A DNA stretch of 64,000 bases from Eledone cirrhosa (GCA_964016885.1 OZ024741.1:272986001-273050000), one strand, 5' to 3'; positions 30,001 to 44,087 are shown, numbered from the stretch's first letter. Notes: generated by a model from the sequence alone, not told the origin. A program made the numbers and translations.

Positions 30001-33000
30001 AGGTTGACTGAGGTAGAGTGGTATGTCTTGTCTAAGATATAGATCTGAGGTAGAGTAGAGTATCTTGTCTTAGATATAGATCTGAGGTTGACTGAGGTAG
30101 AGTTGTATGTGTTGTCTAAGATATGGATCTGAGGTTGACTGAGGTAGAATGGTATGTCTTGTCTAAGATATAGATCTGAGGTAGAGTAGAGTGTCTTGTC
30201 TTAGATATAGATCTGAGGTAGAGTGGTATGTCTTGTCTAAGATATAGATCTGAGGTAGAGTGGTATGTCTTGTCTAAGATATAGATCTGAGGTTGACTGA
30301 GGTAGAGTTGTATGTGTTGTCTAAGATATAGATCTGAGGTTGACTGAGGTAGAGTGGTATGACCTGTCTAAGATATAGATCTGAGGTTGACTGAGGTAGA
30401 GTAGAGTGTCTTGTCTAAGATATAGATCTGAGGTAGAGTAGAGTGTCTTGTCTAAGATATAGATCTGAGGTAGAGTGGTATGTCTTGTCTAAGATATAGA
30501 TCTGAGGTTGAGTGGTATGTCTTGTCTAAGATATAGATCTGAAATTGACTGAGGTAGAGTGGTATGTCTTGTCTAAGATATAGATCTGAGGTTGACTGAG
30601 GTAGAGTGGTATGTCTTGTTTAAGATATAGATCTGAGGTTGACTGAGGTAGAGTGGTATGTCTTGTCTAAGATATAGATATGAGGTTGACTGAGGTAGAG
30701 TGGAGTGTCTTGTCTAAGATATAGATCTGAGGTAGAGTAGAGTGTCTTGTCTAATATATAGATCTGAGGTAGAGTGGTATGTCTTGTCTAAGATATAGAT
30801 CTGAGTTTGACTGAGGTAGAGTGAAGTGTCTTGTCTAAGATATAGATCTGAGGTTGACTGAGGTAGAGTTGTATGTCTTGTCTAAGATATAGATCTGAGG
30901 TTGACTGAGGTAGAGTGGTATGTCTTGTCTAAGATATAGATCTCAGGTAGAGTAGAGTGTCTTGTCTAAGATATAGATCTGAGGTTGACTGACGTAGAGT
31001 GGTATGTCTTGTCTAAGATATAGATCTGAGGTTGACTGAGGTAGAGTTGTATGTCTTGTCTAAGATATAGATCTGAGGTTGACTGAGGTAGAGTGGAGTG
31101 TCTTGTCTAAGATATAGATCTGAGGTTGACTGAGGTAGAGTGGAGTGTCTTGTCTAAGATATAGATCTGAGGTTGACTGAGGTAGAGTGATATGTTATTT
31201 CTAAGATATAGATCTGAGGTTGACTGAGGTAGAGTGGTATGTCTTGTCTAAGATATAGATCTGAGGTTGACTGAGGTAGAGTGGTATGTCTTGTCTAAGA
31301 TATAGATCTGAGGTTGACTGAGGTAGAGTGGTATGTCTTGTCTAAGATATAGATCTTAGGTTGACTGAGGTAGAGTGGAGTGTCTTGTCTAAGATATAGA
31401 TCTGAGGTAGAGTGGTATGTCTTGTCTAAGATATAGATCTGAGGTAGAGTGGAGTGTCTTGTCTAAGATATAGATCTGAGGTTGACTGAGGTAGAGTGGA
31501 GTGTCTTGTCTAAGATATAGATCTGAGGTTGACTGAGGTAGAGTGGTATGTTATTTCTAAGATATAGATCTGAGGTTGACTGAGGTAGAGTTGTATGTCT
31601 TGTCTAAGATATAGATCTGAGGTTGACTGAGGTAGAGTGGTATGTCTTGTCTAAGATATAGATCTGAGGTTGACTGAGGTAGAGTGGTATGTCTTGTCTA
31701 AGATATAGATCTGAGGTAGAGTAGAGTGTCTTGTCTAAGATATAAATCTGAGTTAGAGTGGTATGTCTTGTCTGAGATATTGATCTGAGGTTGACTGAGG
31801 TAGAGTTGTATGTCTTGTCTAAGATATAGATCTGAGGTAGAGTGGTATGTCTTGTCTAAGATATAGATCTGAGGTTGACTGAGGTAGAGTGGTATGTCTT
31901 GTCTAAGATATAGATCTGAGGTTGACTGAGGTAGAGTGGTATGTCTTGTCTAAGATATAGATCTGAGGTAGAGTGGTATGTCTTGTCTAAGATATAGATC
32001 TGAGGTTGACTGAGGTAGAGTGGTATGTCTTGTCTGAGATATAGATCTGAGGTTGACTGAGGTAGAGTGGTATGTCTTGTCTAAGATATAGATCTGAGGT
32101 AGAGTGGTATGTCTTGTCTAAGATATAGATCTGAGGTTGACTGAGGTAGAGTGGTATGTCTTGTCTAAGATATAGATCTGAGGTAGAGTGGTATGTCTTG
32201 TCTAAGATATCGATCTGAGGTTGACTGAGGTAGAGTGGTATGTCTTGTCTGAGATATAGATCTGAGGTTGACTGAGGTAGAGTGGTATGTCTTGTCTAAG
32301 ATATAGATCTGAGGTAGAGTGGTATGTCTTGTCTGAGATATAGATCTGAGGTTGACTGAGGTAGAGTGGTATGTCTTGTCTAAGATATAGATCTTAGGTT
32401 GACTGAGGTAGAGTGGAGTGTCTTGTCTAAGATATAGATCTGAGGTAGAGTGGAGTGTCTTGTCTAAGATATAGATCTGAGGTAGAGTGGTATGTCTTGT
32501 CTAAGATATAGATCTGAGGTAGAGTGGAGTGTCTTGTCTAAGATATAGATCTGAGGTTGACTGAGGTAGAGTGGAGTGTCTTGTCTAAGATATAGATCTG
32601 AGGTTGACTGTGGTAGAGTTGTATGTCTTGTCTAAGATATAGATCTGAGGTTGACTGAGGTAGAGTGGTATGTCTTGTCTAAGATATAGATCTGAGGTAG
32701 AGTGGTATGTCTTGTCTGAGATATAGATCTGAGGTTGACTGAGGTAGAGTGGTATGTCTTGTCTAAGATATAGATCTGAGGTTGACTGAGGTAGAGTGGT
32801 ATGTCTTGTCTAAGATATAGATCTGAGGTAGAGTGGTATGTCTTGTCTGAGATATAGATCTGAGGTTGACTGAGGTAGAGTGGTATGTCTTGTCTAAGAT
32901 ATAGATCTGAGGTTGACTGAGGTAGAGTGGTATGTCTTGTCTAAGATATAGATCTGAGGTAGAGTAGAGTATCTTGTCTTAGATATAGATCTGAGGTTGA

Positions 33001-36000
33001 CTGAGGTAGAGTTGTATGTGTTGTCTAAGATATGGATCTGAGGTTGACTGAGGTAGAATGGTATGTCTTGTCTAAGATATAGATCTGAGGTAGAGTAGAG
33101 TGTCTTGTCTTAGATATAGATCTGAGGTAGAGTGGTATGTCTTGTCTAAGATATAGATCTGAGGTAGAGTGGTATGTCTTGTCTAAGATATAGATCTGAG
33201 GTTGACTGAGGTAGAGTTGTATGTGTTGTCTAAGATATAGATCTGAGGTTGACTGAGGTAGAGTGGTATGACCTGTCTAAGATATAGATCTGAGGTTGAC
33301 TGAGGTAGAGTAGAGTGTCTTGTCTAAGATATAGATCTGAGGTAGAGTAGAGTGTCTTGTCTAAGATATAGATCTGAGGTAGAGTGGTATGTCTTGTCTA
33401 AGATATAGATCTGAGGTTGAGTGGTATGTCTTGTCTAAGATATAGATCTGAGATTGACTGAGGTAGAGTGGTATGTCTTGTCTAAGATATAGATCTGAGG
33501 TTGACTGAGGTAGAGTGGTATGTCTTGTTTAAGATATAGATCTGAGGTTGACTGAGGTAGAGTGGTATGTCTTGTCTAAGATATAGATATGAGGTTGACT
33601 GAGGTAGAGTGGAGTGTCTTGTCTAAGATATAGATCTGAGGTAGAGTAGAGTGTCTTGTCTAATATATAGATCTGAGGTAGAGTGGTATGTCTTGTCTAA
33701 GATATAGATCTGAGTTTGACTGAGGTAGAGTGAAGTGTCTTGTCTAAGATATAGATCTGAGGTTGACTGAGGTAGAGTTGTATGTCTTGTCTAAGATATA
33801 GATCTGAGGTTGACTGAGGTAGAGTGGTATGTCTTGTCTAAGATATAGATCTCAGGTAGAGTAGAGTGTCTTGTCTAAGATATAGATCTGAGGTTGACTG
33901 ACGTAGAGTGGTATGTCTTGTCTAAGATATAGATCTGAGGTTGACTGAGGTAGAGTTGTATGTCTTGTCTAAGATATAGATCTGAGGTTGACTGAGGTAG
34001 AGTGGAGTGTCTTGTCTAAGATATAGATCTGAGGTTGACTGAGGTAGAGTGGAGTGTCTTGTCTAAGATATAGATCTGAGGTTGACTGAGGTAGAGTGAT
34101 ATGTTATTTCTAAGATATAGATCTGAGGTTGACTGAGGTAGAGTGGTATGTCTTGTCTAAGATATAGATCTGAGGTTGACTGAGGTAGAGTGGTATGTCT
34201 TGTCTAAGATATAGATCTGAGGTTGACTGAGGTAGAGTGGTATGTCTTGTCTAAGATATAGATCTTAGGTTGACTGAGGTAGAGTGGAGTGTCTTGTCTA
34301 AGATATAGATCTGAGGTAGAGTGGTATGTCTTGTCTAAGATATAGATCTGAGGTAGAGTGGAGTGTCTTGTCTAAGATATAGATCTGAGGTTGACTGAGG
34401 TAGAGTGGAGTGTCTTGTCTAAGATATAGATCTGAGGTTGACTGAGGTAGAGTGGTATGTTATTTCTAAGATATAGATCTGAGGTTGACTGAGGTAGAGT
34501 TGTATGTCTTGTCTAAGATATAGATCTGAGGTTGACTGAGGTAGAGTGGTATGTCTTGTCTAAGATATAGATCTGAGGTTGACTGAGGTAGAGTGGTATG
34601 TCTTGTCTAAGATATAGATCTGAGGTAGAGTAGAGTGTCTTGTCTAAGATATAAATCTGAGTTAGAGTGGTATGTCTTGTCTGAGATATTGATCTGAGGT
34701 TGACTGAGGTAGAGTTGTATGTCTTGTCTAAGATATAGATCTGAGGTAGAGTGGTATGTCTTGTCTAAGATATAGATCTGAGGTTGACTGAGGTAGAGTG
34801 GTATGTCTTGTCTAAGATATAGATCTGAGGTTGACTGAGGTAGAGTGGTATGTCTTGTCTAAGATATAGATCTGAGGTAGAGTGGTATGTCTTGTCTAAG
34901 ATATAGATCTGAGGTTGACTGAGGTAGAGTGGTATGTCTTGTCTGAGATATAGATCTGAGGTTGACTGATGTAGAGTGGTATGTCTTGTCTAAGATATAG
35001 ATCTGAGGTAGAGTGGTATGTCTTGTCTAAGATATAGATCTGAGGTTGACTGAGGTAGAGTGGTATGTCTTGTCTAAGATATAGATCTGAGGTAGAGTGG
35101 TATGTCTTGTCTAAGATATCGATCTGAGGTTGACTGAGGTAGAGTGGTATGTCTTGTCTGAGATATAGATCTGAGGTTGACTGAGGTAGAGTGGTATGTC
35201 TTGTCTAATATATAGATCTGAGGTAGAGTGGTATGTCTTGTCTGAGATATAGATCTGAGGTTGACTGAGGTAGAGTGGTTTGACTTGTCTAAGATATAGA
35301 TCTGAGGTTGACTGAGGTAGAGTGGTATGTCTTGTCTAAGATATAGATCTGAGGTTGACTGAGGTAGAGTGGTATGTCTTGTCTAAGATATAGATCTGAG
35401 GTAGAGTAGAGTGTCTTGTCTACGATATAGATATGAGGTTGACTGAGGTAGAGTGGAGTGTCTTGTCTAATATATAGATCTGAGGTTGACTGAGGTAGAG
35501 TGGAGTGTCTTGTCTAAGATATAGTTCTGAGGTAGAGTAGAGTGTCTTGTCTAATATATAGATCTGAGGTAGAGTGGTATGTCTTGTCTAAGATATAGAT
35601 CTGAGGTTGACTGAGGTAGAGTGGAGTGTCTTGTCTAAGATATAGATCTGAGGTAGAGTGGTATGTCTTGTCTAAGATATAGATCTGAGGTTGACTGAGG
35701 TAGAGTGAAGTGTCTTGTCTAATATATAGATCTGAGGTTGACTGAGGTAGAGTGGAGTGTCTTGTCTAAGATATAGATCTGAGGTAGAGTAGAGTGTCTT
35801 GTCTAAGATATAGATCTGAGGTAGAGTAGAGTGTCTTGTCTAAGATATAGATCTGAGGTTGACTGAGGTAGAGTGGTATGTCTTGTCTAAGATATAGATC
35901 TGAGGTTGACTGAGGTAGAGTGGTATGTCTTGTCTAAGATATAGATCTGAGGTATAGTAGAGTGTCTTGTCTAAGATATAGATCTGAGGTAGAGTGGTAT

Positions 36001-39000
36001 GTCTTGTCTAAGATATAGATCTGAGGTTGAGTGGTATGTCTTGTCTAAGATATAGATCTGAGGTTGAATGAGGTAGAGTGGTATGTCTTGTTTAAGATAT
36101 AGATCTGAGGTTGACTGAGGTAGAGTGGTATGTCTTGTCTAAGATATAGATATGAGGTTGACTGAGGTAGAGTGGAGTGTCTTGTCTAAGATATAGATCT
36201 GAGGTAGAGTAGAGTGTCTTGTCTAAGATATAGATCTGAGGTTGACTGAGGTAGAGTGAAGTGTCTTGTCTAAGATATAGGTCTGAGGTTGACTGAGGTA
36301 GAGTGGAGTGTCTTGTCTAAGATATAGATCTGAGGTAGAGTGGTATGTCTTGTCTAAGATATAGATCTGAGGTTGACTGAGATAGAGTGGTATGTCTTGT
36401 CTAAGATATAGATCTGAGGTAGAGTGGAGTGTCTTGTCTAAGATATAGATCTGAGGTAGAGTAGAGTGTCTTGTCTGAGATATAGATCTGAGGTTGACTG
36501 AGGTAGAGTTGTATGTCTTGTCTAAGATATAGATCTGAGGTAGAGTAGAGTGTCTTGTCTAAGATATAGATCTGAGGTAGAGTGGTATGTCTTGTCTAAG
36601 ATATAGATCTGAGGTTGAGTGGTATGTCTTGTCTAAGATATAGATCTGAGGTTGACTGAGGTAGAGTGGTATGTCTTGTCTAAGATATAGATCTGAGGTA
36701 GACTGAGGTAGAGTGGAGTGTCTTGTCTAAGATATAGATCTGAGGTAGAGTGGTATGTCTTGTCTAAGATATAGATCTGAGGTAGACTGAGGTAGAGAGG
36801 TATGTCTTGTCTAAGATATAGATCTGAGGTTGAGTGGTATGTCTTGTCTAAGATATAGATCTGAGGTAGACTGAGGTAGAGTGGTATGTCTTGTCTAAGA
36901 TATAGATCTGAGGTTGACTGAGGTAGAGTGGTATGTCTTGTCTAAGATATAGATATGAGGTTGACTGAGGTAGAGTGGTATGTCTTGTCTAAGATATAGA
37001 TCTTAGGTTGACTGAGGTAGAGTGGAGTGTCTTGTCTAAGATATAGATCTGAGGTAGAGTGGAGTGTCTTGTCTAAGATATAGATCTGAGGTAGAGTGGT
37101 ATGTCTTGTCTAAGATATAGATCTGAGGTAGAGTGGAGTGTCTTGTCTAAGATATAGATCTGAGGTTGACTGAGGTAGAGTGGAGTGTCTTGTCTAAGAT
37201 ATAGATCTGAGGTTGACTGTGGTAGAGTTGTATGTCTTGTCTAAGATATAGATCTGAGGTTGACTGAGGTAGAGTGGTATGTCTTGTCTAAGATATAGAT
37301 CTGAGGTAGAGTGGTATGTCTTGTCTGAGATATAGATCTGAGGTTGACTGAGGTAGAGTGGTATGTCTTGTCTAAGATATAGATCTGAGGTTGACTGAGG
37401 TAGAGTGGTATGTCTTGTCTAAGATATAGATCTGAGGTAGAGTGGTATGTCTTGTCTGAGATATAGATCTGAGGTTGACTGAGGTAGAGTGGTATGTCTT
37501 GTCTAAGATATAGATCTGAGGTTGACTGAGGTAGAGTGGTATGTCTTGTCTAAGATATAGATCTGAGGTAGAGTAGAGTATCTTGTCTTAGATATAGATC
37601 TGAGGTTGACTGAGGTAGAGTTGTATGTGTTGTCTAAGATATGGATCTGAGGTTGACTGAGGTAGAATGGTATGTCTTGTCTAAGATATAGATCTGAGGT
37701 AGAGTAGAGTGTCTTGTCTTAGATATAGATCTGAGGTAGAGTGGTATGTCTTGTCTAAGATATAGATCTGAGGTAGAGTGGTATGTCTTGTCTAAGATAT
37801 AGATCTGAGGTTGACTGAGGTAGAGTTGTATGTGTTGTCTAAGATATAGATCTGAGGTTGACTGAGGTAGAGTGGTATGACCTGTCTAAGATATAGATCT
37901 GAGGTTGACTGAGGTAGAGTAGAGTGTCTTGTCTAAGATATAGATCTGAGGTAGAGTAGAGTGTCTTGTCTAAGATATAGATCTGAGGTAGAGTGGTATG
38001 TCTTGTCTAAGATATAGATCTGAGGTTGAGTGGTATGTCTTGTCTAAGATATAGATCTGAAATTGACTGAGGTAGAGTGGTATGTCTTGTCTAAGATATA
38101 GATCTGAGGTTGACTGAGGTAGAGTGGTATGTCTTGTTTAAGATATAGATCTGAGGTTGACTGAGGTAGAGTGGTATGTCTTGTCTAAGATATAGATATG
38201 AGGTTGACTGAGGTAGAGTGGAGTGTCTTGTCTAAGATATAGATCTGAGGTAGAGTAGAGTGTCTTGTCTAATATATAGATCTGAGGTAGAGTGGTATGT
38301 CTTGTCTAAGATATAGATCTGAGTTTGACTGAGGTAGAGTGAAGTGTCTTGTCTAAGATATAGATCTGAGGTTGACTGAGGTAGAGTTGTATGTCTTGTC
38401 TAAGATATAGATCTGAGGTTGACTGAGGTAGAGTGGTATGTCTTGTCTAAGATATAGATCTCAGGTAGAGTAGAGTGTCTTGTCTAAGATATAGATCTGA
38501 GGTTGACTGACGTAGAGTGGTATGTCTTGTCTAAGATATAGATCTGAGGTTGACTGAGGTAGAGTTGTATGTCTTGTCTAAGATATAGATCTGAGGTTGA
38601 CTGAGGTAGAGTGGAGTGTCTTGTCTAAGATATAGATCTGAGGTTGACTGAGGTAGAGTGGAGTGTCTTGTCTAAGATATAGATCTGAGGTTGACTGAGG
38701 TAGAGTGATATGTTATTTCTAAGATATAGATCTGAGGTTGACTGAGGTAGAGTGGTATGTCTTGTCTAAGATATAGATCTGAGGTTGACTGAGGTAGAGT
38801 GGTATGTCTTGTCTAAGATATAGATCTGAGGTTGACTGAGGTAGAGTGGTATGTCTTGTCTAAGATATAGATCTTAGGTTGACTGAGGTAGAGTGGAGTG
38901 TCTTGTCTAAGATATAGATCTGAGGTAGAGTGGTATGTCTTGTCTAAGATATAGATCTGAGGTAGAGTGGAGTGTCTTGTCTAAGATATAGATCTGAGGT

Positions 39001-42000
39001 TGACTGAGGTAGAGTGGAGTGTCTTGTCTAAGATATAGATCTGAGGTTGACTGAGGTAGAGTGGTATGTTATTTCTAAGATATAGATCTGAGGTTGACTG
39101 AGGTAGAGTTGTATGTCTTGTCTAAGATATAGATCTGAGGTTGACTGAGGTAGAGTGGTATGTCTTGTCTAAGATATAGATCTGAGGTTGACTGAGGTAG
39201 AGTGGTATGTCTTGTCTAAGATATAGATCTGAGGTAGAGTAGAGTGTCTTGTCTAAGATATAAATCTGAGTTAGAGTGGTATGTCTTGTCTGAGATATTG
39301 ATCTGAGGTTGACTGAGGTAGAGTTGTATGTCTTGTCTAAGATATAGATCTGAGGTAGAGTGGTATGTCTTGTCTAAGATATAGATCTGAGGTTGACTGA
39401 GGTAGAGTGGTATGTCTTGTCTAAGATATAGATCTGAGGTTGACTGAGGTAGAGTGGTATGTCTTGTCTAAGATATAGATCTGAGGTAGAGTGGTATGTC
39501 TTGTCTAAGATATAGATCTGAGGTTGACTGAGGTAGAGTGGTATGTCTTGTCTGAGATATAGATCTGAGGTTGACTGAGGTAGAGTGGTATGTCTTGTCT
39601 AAGATATAGATCTGAGGTAGAGTGGTATGTCTTGTCTAAGATATAGATCTGAGGTTGACTGAGGTAGAGTGGTATGTCTTGTCTAAGATATAGATCTGAG
39701 GTAGAGTGGTATGTCTTGTCTAAGATATCGATCTGAGGTTGACTGAGGTAGAGTGGTATGTCTTGTCTGAGATATAGATCTGAGGTTGACTGAGGTAGAG
39801 TGGTATGTCTTGTCTAAGATATAGATCTGAGGTAGAGTGGTATGTCTTGTCTGAGATATAGATCTGAGGTTGACTGAGGTAGAGTGGTTTGACTTGTCTA
39901 AGATATAGATCTGAGGTTGACTGAGGTAGAGTGGTATGTCTTGTCTAAGATATAGATCTGAGGTTGACTGAGGTAGAATGGTATGTCTTGTCTAAGATAT
40001 AGATCTGAGGTAGAGTAGAGTGTCTTGTCTACGATATAGATATGAGGTTGACTGAGGTAGAGTGGAGTGTCTTGTCTAATATATAGATCTGAGGTTGACT
40101 GAGGTAGAGTGGAGTGTCTTGTCTAAGATATAGATCTGAGGTAGAGTAGAGTGTCTTGTCTAATATATAGATCTGAGGTAGAGTGGTATGTCTTGTCTAA
40201 GATATAGATCTGAGGTTGACTGAGGTAGAGTGGAGTGTCTTGTCTAAGATATAGATCTGAGGTAGAGTGGTATGTCTTGTCTAAGATATAGATCTGAGGT
40301 TGACTGAGGTAGAGTGAAGTGTCTTGTCTAAGATATAGATCTGAGGTTGACTGAGGTAGAGTGGACTGTCTTGTCTAAGATATAGATCTGAGGTAGAGTA
40401 GAGTGTCTTGTCTAATATATAGATCTGAGGTAGAGTAGAGTGTCTTGTCTAAGATATAGATCTGAGGTTGACTGAGGTAGAGTGGTATGTCTTGTCTAAG
40501 ATATAGATCTGAGGTTGACTGAGGTAGAGTGGTATGTCTTGTCTAAGATATAGATCTGAGGTATAGTAGAGTGTCTTGTCTAAGATATAGATCTGAGGTA
40601 GAGTGGTATGTCTTGTCTAAGATATAGATCTGAGGTTGAATGAGGTAGAGTGGTATGTCTTGTTTAAGATATAGATCTGAGGTTGACTGAGGTAGAGTGG
40701 TATGTCTTGTCTAAGATATAGATATGAGGTTGACTGAGGTAGAGTGGAGTGTCTTGTCTAAGATATAGATCTGAGGTAGAGTAGAGTGTCTTGTCTAAGA
40801 TATAGATCTGAGGTTGACTGAGGTAGAGTGAAGTGTCTTGTCTAAGATATAGGTCTGAGGTTGACTGAGGTAGAGTGGAGTGTCTTGTCTAAGATATAGA
40901 TCTGAGGTAGAGTGGTATGTCTTGTCTAAGATATAGATCTGAGGTTGACTGAGATAGAGTGGTATGTCTTGTCTAAGATATAGATCTGAGGTAGAGTGGA
41001 GTGTCTTGTCTAAGATATAGATCTGAGGTAGAGTAGAGTGTCTTGTCTGAGATATAGATCTGAGGTTGACTGAGGTAGAGTTGTATGTCTTGTCTAAGAT
41101 ATAGATCTGAGGTAGAGTAGAGTGTCTTGTCTAAGATATAGATCTGAGGTAGAGTGGTATGTCTTGTCTAAGATATAGATCTGAGGTTGAGTGGTATGTC
41201 TTGTCTAAGATATAGATCTGAGGTTGACTGAGGTAGAGTGGTATGTCTTGTCTAAGATATAGATCTGAGGTAGACTGAGGTAGAGTGGAGTGTCTTGTCT
41301 AAGATATAGATCTGAGGTAGAGTGGTATGTCTTGTCTAAGATATAGATCTGAGGTAGACTGAGGTAGAGTGGTATGTCTTGTCTAAGATATAGATCTGAG
41401 GTTGAGTGGTATGTCTTGTCTAAGATATAGATCTGAGGTAGACTGAGGTAGAGTGGTATGTCTTGTCTAAGATATAGATATGAGGTTGACTGAGGTAGAG
41501 TGGAGTGTCTTGTCTAAGATATAGATCTAAGGTAGAGTAGAGTGTCTTGTCTAATATATAGATCTGAGGTAGAGTGGTATGTCTTGTCTAAGATATAGAT
41601 CTGAGGTTAACTGAGGTAGAGTAAAGTGTCTTGTCTAAGATATAGGTCTGAGGTTGACTGAGTTAGAGTGGAGTGTCTTGTCTAAGATATAGATCTGAAG
41701 TTGACTGAGGTAGAGTGGAGTGTCTTGTCTAAGATATAGATCTGAGGTAGAGTGGAGTGTCTTGTTTAAGACATAGATCTGAGGTTGACTGAGATAGAGT
41801 TGTATGTCCTGTCTAAGATATAGATCTGAGGTTGACTGAGGTAGAGTGGTATGTCTTGTCTAAGATATAGATCTCAGGTAGAGTAGAGTGTCTTGTCTAA
41901 GATATAGATCTGAGGTTGACTGACGTAGAGTGGTATGTCTTGTCTAAGATATAGATCTGAGGTTGACTGAGGTAGAGTTGTATGTCTTGTCTAAGATATA

Positions 42001-43740
42001 GATCTGAGGTTGACTGAGGTAGAGTGGTATGTCTTGTCTAAGATATAGATCTGAGGTAGAGTAGAGTGTCTTGTCTAAGATATAGATCTGAGGTAGAGTG
42101 GTATGTCTTGTCTAAGATATAGATCTGAGGTAGAGTTGTATGTCTTGTCTAAGATATAGATCTGAGGTAGAGTGGTATGTCTTGTCTAAGATATAGGTCT
42201 GAGGTTGACTGAGTTAGAGTGGAGTGTCTTGTCTAAGATATAGATCTGAAGTTGACTGAGGTAGAGTGGAGTGTCTTGTCTAAGATATAGATCTGAGGTA
42301 GAGTGGTATGTGTTGTCTAAGATATAGATCTGAGGTAGAGTAGAGTGTCTTGTCTAAGATATAGATCTGAGGTTGACTGAGGTAGAGTGGTATGTCTTGT
42401 CTAAGATATAGATCTGAGGTTGACTGAGGTAGAGTTGTATGTCTTGTCTAAGATATAGATCTGAGGTTGACTGAGTTAGAGTGGTATGTCTTGTCTAAGA
42501 TATAGATCTTAGGTTGACTGAGGTAGAGTGGAGTGTCTTGTATAAGATATAGATCTGAGGTAGAGTAGAGTGTCTTGTCTAAGATATAGATCTGAGGTTG
42601 ACTGAGGTAGAGTGGTATGTCTTGTCTAAGATATAGATCTGAGGTTGACTGAGGTAGAGTTGTATGTCTTGTCTAAGATATAGATCTGAGGTTGACTGAG
42701 GTAGAGTGGTATGTCTTGTCTAAGATATAGATCTTAGGTTGACTGAGGTAGAGTGGAGTGTCTTGTCTAAGATATAGATCTGATGTAGAGTGGTATGTCT
42801 TGTCTAAGATATAGATCTGAGGTAGAGTGGAGTGTCTTGTCTAAGATATAGATCTGAGGTTGACTGAGGTAGAGTGGAGTGTCTTGTCTAAGATATAGAT
42901 CTGAGGTTGACTGAGGTAGAGTGGTATGTCTTGTCTAAGATATAGATCTGAGGTAGAGTGGAGTGTCTTGTCTGAGATATAGATCTGAGGTTGACTGAGG
43001 TAGAGTTGTATGTCTTGTCTAAGATATAGATCTGAGGTTGACTGAGGTAGAGTGGTATGTCTTGTCTAAGATATAGATCTGAGGTTGACTGAGGTAGAGT
43101 GGTATGTCTTGTCTAAGATATAGATCTGAGGTTGACTGAGGTAGAGTGGTATGTCTTGTCTAAGATATAGATCTGAGGTTGACTGAGGTAGAGTGGTATG
43201 TCTTGTTTAAGATATAGATCTGAGATTGACTGAGGTAGAGTGGAGTGTCTTGTCTAAGATATAGATCTGAGGTAGAGTAGAGTGTCTTGTCTAATATATA
43301 GATCTGAGGTAGAGTGGTATGTCTTGTCTAAGATATAGATCTGAGGTTGACTGAGGTAGAGTGAAGTGTCTTGTCTAAGATATAGATCTGAGGTTGACTG
43401 AGGTAGAGTGGAGTGTCTTGTCTAAGATATAGATCTGAGGTAGAGTAGAGTGTCTTGTCTAAGATATAGATCTGAGGTAGAGTGGTATGTCTTGTCTAAG
43501 ATATAGATCTGAGGTTGACTGAGATAGAGTGGTATGTCTTGTCTAAGATATAGATCTGAGGTAGAGTGGAGTGTCTTGTCTCGGATATAGATCTGAGGTT
43601 GACTGAGGTAGAGTGGTATGTCTTGTCTAAGATATAGATCTGAGGTTGACTGAGGTAGAGTGGTATGTCTTGTCTAAGATATAGATCTGAGGTTGACTGA
43701 GGTAGAGTGAAGTGTCTTGTCTAAGATATAGATCTGAGGT
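1..43740. repeat. Giant tandem satellite; 37-bp monomer CTGAGGTAGAGTGG(TA/AG)TGTCTTGTCTAAGATATAGAT plus a 47-bp variant with an extra CTGAGGTTGA; roughly 1000 monomers, continues past the window start
   Basis: Direct 37/47-bp periodicity throughout. AGATCT (BglII) in nearly every monomer. Abrupt end at ...gatctgaggt|gatgtctgc (43740). Confidence 0.99.
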
Positions 43741-43894
43741 GATGTCTGCAAGGGTGCTTGGTTATTCCAGTATCTTAGCTTCACTATCATCTGCACCAAT
43801 GCTGTGTGTGAGTATTGGCTGACCTGAAAAAATATTAGAGGGAAACTCCAGTGCCCCCTGTTGGGATTTTTGTAATTTAATATATATAAACAAA

Positions 43895-44087
43895 AAAAAC
43901 ACACACAGTCCACGCTGTAATGTGGTTGGTGTTAGGAAGGGCATCGAAATGTAGAAAACCTGCCAGACAGTCCTATACGAGCGAGACATGGTCACCCGAC
44001 CAATCTTGCCTCAAGTAGGACAATTGCCATCTAAACCCATGCTAGCATGGAAGATAGATGTTAAACAATGATGATGATGATGATGAT
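43895..44087 (+). mobile_element. 3' end of an RTE-LINE-related retroposon with (GAT)n tail
   Basis: Similar, in reverse complement, to the 3' UTR of the LINE at 52828-53040 (GGTTGGTGTTAGGAAGGGCATC...CCAATCTTGCCTCAAGT). Ends in a tgatgatgat tail. Confidence 0.75.

Noticed and set aside
1-43740. CRISPR-like array (37-bp period)
   Set aside because: No unique spacers, no cas genes, eukaryotic intron-exon context.
1-43740. Repetitive protein-coding region or ribozyme array
   Set aside because: No ORFs reported in the array, frequent stops, monomer lengths not multiples of 3, and no CUGANGA/GAAA core.
43771-43807. Possible mini-exon (ttccag...gtgagt) just after the satellite
   Set aside because: Weak polypyrimidine tract, no recognisable motif, and no phase-compatible stop-free join to exon A that I could establish.
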